Below are positions 59,170 to 64,000 of a stretch of DNA of 64,000 nucleotides, piece after piece. Origin of the DNA: Octopus vulgaris (taxonomy: Eukaryota); the NCBI GenBank assembly GCA_951406725.2, contig OX597840.1, positions 13,516,001-13,580,000 on the forward strand. The letters are read 5' to 3'. The translations under genes were made by a program, and so were the position numbers. The notes beneath the pieces are model-generated. The model worked only from the letters and a program-made list of their open reading frames with translations. It was not told where the DNA came from and made no database searches. Position 1 is the stretch's first letter. Every line of letters starts with the position of its first letter.

Positions 59170-59915
59170 TACTTTCCCTGATTATCTATGACTTCCTTCC
59201 ATCTATTTACAAGCTTTTTAATCCCATCAATGTAAAACTCTTTTGGTTTTTAAAGCAAAGAACTCTGAAATGTCAGTTTCGACCTCCTCCTGGCTTGCAA
59301 AAGTTATGTCCCCCAAATGATTCTGTAAACTACAAAACAAATGGTAGTCTGAAGGAACAAGGTCAGGAGAATAAGGTGGATGACGAATTTTTTCCCAACC
59401 AAGCTCTTTGATCTTCTGTGATGTGATCTTTGCAGTGTGGGGTCGCGCATTGTCTTGATGAAACATCACTCCCTTTCGATTCACTAAAGTGGGTCTTTTT
59501 TCTTCAAAGCTTGGTTCAAATGCTCTAATTGCTGACAGTAGACTTGAGCATTGATTGTTGCATTAGGTGGTAACAATTCAAAGTGAATTACTCCTTTGCA
59601 ATCCCACCAGATAGAGAAAAGAACCTTTTTCTCATGAAGTTCCCTTCTCAGTTGTGGTTGAACTTTTTCCCTTTTACCAAGCCACTGTTTACGACGTTTA
59701 ACATTTCAGTAGAAGATCCCTTTTTCATCGCCAGTTACAAGTCTATCCAAAGAGGGTGAAATGAATTTGCGAGAATGGAGAGAAGAGCAGATGTCAACTC
59801 AGGATTTGCAGTTGCTTTCGGGCAATTCATGAGGCACCTATTTTGCAAGTTTAGGAACGTTTCCGAGTTGTTGAAGATGACGATGAACCATCGTATCGTT
59901 TGAACTAAGCTTTAG
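59170..59915 (-). mobile_element. Mariner transposase remnant
   Basis: Encodes VTGDEK, LFSIWWDCKG, FHQDNARPH and HPPYSPDLVPSDYHLF (DD34D type). Confidence 0.9.
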
Positions 59916-60402
59916 TTCAAAAAATTTTACTAAAGTAAAATTATTCCAACAACTTCTAGTTATATAATTTTAGTTTCTCTTTTAGGATGTAAATAGCAAA
60001 ATAAGTTCATACATGCAGACCTGAAGATTGGCAATATAATCGTTTTAATATGGTATTGTATTTAGAGACATTCTATTTCAGCAATATCGAAGAATATGTT
60101 GCCATGAAACGCACGTAGTAAAGTATATGATTTGAAATAAGAATTGAAGGTATTAATTTTGATAATTTGGAATAAGAATTGTAGGTATTAATTTTGATAA
60201 TTTTAATATTTAGTCCTATATGTAGCTATTGTGGATAATGTCATTCAATGATGCTTGAGTTGCTTGAGGGTGATTCTGTCTCTTAAACCTATCTATATAT
60301 ATGCATATATAATACAGTGAGTAATTCATTTTAGTACCATTAAATTGAATTTCTCTTCCCTGTGGACTTGGAAATAACTTCACTAACATTAATATTAATT
60401 AT

Positions 60403-60431
<29 letters not shown>

Positions 60432-60453
<22 letters not shown>

Positions 60454-60795
60454 GGAGATGTACTTGCATAGCAAGTGATTTGATCTGAGATCATGCTGAA
60501 ACGAAAACAATTGCAGCGTGGAAGGTGTTTGTAAGCCATTTAAGAAACACGCAAAAGCCGTTCGATTCACTTCAACATTTTAAGTTTAATTTGTCAAAAT
60601 ATTTTCGGCGCTTTAAGACCGCGACCTGTTCACTGACAAAAATCCGTGCTGAGATGCAGCACGGATTTTTGTCAGTGAACAGGACGCGGTCTTAAAACGC
60701 CGAAAATATTTTGACAAATTAAACTTAAAATGTTGAAGTGAATCGAACGGCTTTTGCGTGTTTCTTAAATGGCTTACAAACACCTTCCACTCTGC

Positions 60796-60799
<4 letters not shown>
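60432..60799. mobile_element. Fold-back (palindromic) MITE, right arm truncated
   Basis: Arms 60509-60651 and 60657-60799 are near-perfect reverse complements around a 5-nt loop. Confidence 0.88.
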
Positions 60800-60844
<45 letters not shown>

Positions 60845-60848
<4 letters not shown>

Positions 60849-62180
60849 CATCATCATCATCATCATCATTTAACGTCCGTTTTCCATGCTAGCATGGGTT
60901 GGAAGGTTCGACCGGGGTCTGGTAAACCATGGAGGCTGCACCAGGCTCTAGTCTGATTTGACAGTGTTTCTACAGCTGGATGCTCTTCCTAACGCCAGCC
61001 ACTCCATGAGTGTAGTAGGCGATTTTTACATGCCACCAGCACAGGGGCCAGAGCAGGCTGCCAAACGGCCACAATCGGTTGGTGCTTTTACGTGTCACCA
61101 ACACGGATGCCAGTCAGGCAGCGCTGGCATCTGCCACGTTCAGACGGTGCTTCATATGTGTCACTGGCACGGCTGTCTTAACTACAATTTCCATTTGAAT
61201 TTTTATTTTGATGTTGACATACTTCACTCAACAGGTCTCCTCAAGAAAGGTTAGCACAGCAGGTTGTCCTGCAAGCCCTGAACTCACTTCATTTGTCAGG
61301 TCTTCGAAGTCACAGCATATCTCCAGAGGTCTCGGTCTTTCGTCATAGCCTCTGTGAGGCTCAAAGTACGAAGGTCATGCTTGACCACCTCGTCCCATGT
61401 CTTCCTGGGTCTACCTCTAACCCGGATTCCTTCAACAGTTTGGGAGTGGCACTTCTTCACACATCTCTCCTCATCCATCCATAGTACATGACCATACCAA
61501 TGCAATCGTCTCTCCTGCATGCTGCATCCAATGTTTCTTATGCCCAACATTTCTCTCAGGGACTTACACCCTGTCATGCATGGACACTGACATTACACAT
61601 CCAGTGGATCATGCTAGCTTCATTTCTTTCAAGCCTACGCATGTCTTCTGCAGTCGCAGCCCATGTTTCACTGCCGTGAAGCATGGCAGTTCACACACAT
61701 GCATCGTACAATCTACCTTTCACTCTGAGCAAAAGACCCTTTGTCACCAGTAGGGGGAGAAGCTTCCTAAACTTTGCCCAGGCTATTCTTATTCTAGTAG
61801 TAATGCTCTCTGAGCATCCACCCCTGCAACTAACTTGGTCACCTAGGTAGCAGAAACTATCAACTACTTCTAGTTTCTCCCCAAGGAGTGTAACGGAATC
61901 TGTTTTCTGAGTATCAATGGTATCTATTGCACCTGTGCGTCTGCCACACATGAAAGATATCTTCTCGGTTAATTTTCCTTTGATATTGCTGCACCTCTTA
62001 TGTGTCCATAGTTTACACTGGGTACATCTTATGGAGTTTCTACCTACACCTTTTCTACAGCCCTTATTAACCATTCGTCAATCTCCAGTTTCCGCATCGC
62101 CCACCAGATAAGGGATTGAGGGCCCCTGTCAAAGGCTTTCTCCAAGTCCACAAAAGCTAAGTATAGGGATTTATCTTTGG
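60845..62180 (-). mobile_element. RTE-X-like LINE 3' part
   Basis: Encodes CRKGVGRNSIRCTQCKLWTHKRCS, FCYLGD, RIRIAWAKF and RLHWYGHV; (CAT)n end. Confidence 0.88.
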
Positions 62181-62206
62181 CTTTGGCTAGGTATATATTT
62201 ATATAT

Positions 62207-62241
<35 letters not shown>

Positions 62242-62394
62242 AATATCGAGAGAGAGAGAGATCAGAATTAAAATGTGGTACAGAGAAATTCAAATTCATG
62301 TTACGATCATTTCAATAAACAAATTTTTTTTTGTTCAATTATATAAAGACGTAATTGACGCAATATGTGTAAAACAGGTAATAAAATGTCATAC

Positions 62395-62511
62395 CTATAT
62401 ACAGGATGCTGGAAACACAGTGCAGCATCTGCTATGAAAACTGATTGGTGAATTTCCGTTACATGTTTGTTTGCTTCATAAGAGGGAAAAGTGAAATTAG
62501 GACAACCCAAT
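62395..62511 (-). CDS. GCLC: GCLC-like, first exon within window (upstream exons outside window)
   Basis: Acceptor ctttcAG, donor GTatga. Encodes (R)LGCPNFTFPSYEANKHVTEIHQSVFIADAALCFQHPVY(R), matching the GCLC segment RLGCPGFT...SLFFPD..I..HPRF. 117 nt, phase 2 to 2. Confidence 0.9.
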
Positions 62512-62658
62512 CTGAAAGAGGAAAACAAAGTTAAAACTAATGAAAACCAGTTATAATTAATATTTTGTTTTGTTATGGATTTTTATGTAAAACTCCACAT
62601 TTTTTGTAAATTTAATGTAATATCTCATTGTTATCATCACCATCATCATCATCGTCAA

Positions 62659-62709
<51 letters not shown>

Positions 62710-62937
62710 CATTAAGGTGGTGAGTTGGCATAATCGTTAGCACACCGTGCAAAATGCTTAGCTGCATTTCGTCTGTCTTTACGTTCTGAGTTCAAATTCC
62801 ACTGAGGTTGACTTTGCCTTTCATTCTTTCGGGGTTGATGATAAAAGACCAGTTATACACTGGTGTCGATGTAATCGACTATCCCCCTCCCCCAAAATGT
62901 CAGACCTTGTGCCTATAGTAGAAAAGATTATTATTAC

Positions 62938-62980
<43 letters not shown>

Positions 62981-63626
62981 GAGTGAGAGAGCAGCACATG
63001 CCAACAAAGTGACTCTGGGGTACAAATATACGAAGCCCAACATACCCATCATCACTACCCGTCTGATAAGAGTACACTAGGCATATGCATCACAACCATA
63101 TGTGCGCGACATGATGATCTCATATCAAGATAAACAGCACATGACCTTGCAGGTGGGGCCCAGTTAGAATTTTCTTCAAGTCAAGTAACCCATCCCACAC
63201 AAAAGGTTCCTGAATAAGGATTGTTTAAGAATGTTGAATGAAACACCCATGTTTTCAGAGGTGAATTATCAAGCCCCAAACAATTCCTCTCAACACATGG
63301 CTATGAAGCTCCTCCACTACTTCTGCTCATGATCAGAGATTCACATATCAGCCACTAAGGGACATGGTCAACTGGTTAAGATCAAACAACTGACAAGCAA
63401 ATCTGTGGTATTGAGTAGAATATTTACTGTATCCCATCTTTTATACCAAGACAAAACAATGTATGCGATAAAAAAAAGCAAAAGAAGAAAAGAAAATCGA
63501 TTGTATATAATTCCTAAATGTTTTAAATGAACATAGATCAACTAGTTTTATGGTGTCGAGTTATGCTGTATTGAGAAGCCCATATAAGAGTGAAATAATT
63601 TCATCTACAGCTACTAGGACACTAAT

Positions 63627-63830
63627 GAGATGCAGCACAGAATTTTGTCAGTGAACAGATTGCGGTCTCAAAGCGACGAAAATATTTTGGCAAATTAAAT
63701 TTAAATGTTGAAGTGAATCTGTTTTTGTGTGTTTCTTAAATGGCTTATAAACACTTTCCACGCTGCAATTGTTTTCGTTCCAGCACACGATCTCAGATCA
63801 GGTCACTTGCTATGCAAGTACATCTCAGTA
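63627..63830. mobile_element. Isolated right half of the fold-back MITE
   Basis: Reverse complement of 60432-60651; flanked by direct repeat tactaggacact. Confidence 0.8.
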
Positions 63831-64000
63831 ATACTAGGACACTCAAAATGAGAGGGGAAAATGAATGATATGGAAATATCATTTCATATGTTCTCTCATT
63901 CATAAGAAAAAGATATCTCATAATAATAATAATAAAGCAAAAAGAAATTATGAACTCTGAGTGGCTCTCTCCCCTTAAAGGGAAACTTCACCTTCCCTTC

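Overview
This is AT-rich, microsatellite- and transposon-saturated animal genomic DNA. The SINE, LINE and microsatellite content suggests an octopus or other coleoid cephalopod; that assignment is an inference. One host gene dominates the window: a minus-strand glutamate-cysteine ligase catalytic subunit (GCLC)-like gene. I reconstructed 12 phase-compatible GT-AG exons from 62511 down to the stop at 11710; the 5' exons lie beyond the window. The ORF is intact, but several normally near-invariant substrate-binding motifs are replaced (DAMGFGMGxxCLQ to DSFTFGAGCCSLQ; HFENIQSTNWQTMRFKPP to HIQAVIGSNWQNLKLKLP; GWRVEFRP to GWKIEFRT). This suggests a functionally diverged paralogue, and some substitutions could be reverted by A-to-I editing. 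The introns and flank hold four Penelope-like retroelements (RT + C-terminal GIY-YIG) associated with microsatellites. Two have inverted pseudo-LTRs, and hammerhead ribozyme motifs recur, three of them in the sense of the host pre-mRNA. Also present are RTE- and R4-like LINE fragments, a Gypsy remnant, Tc1/mariner remnants and MITEs, non-autonomous Helitrons, many tRNA-derived SINEs and a 290-bp fold-back. Most long ORFs in the ORF track are microsatellite artefacts.
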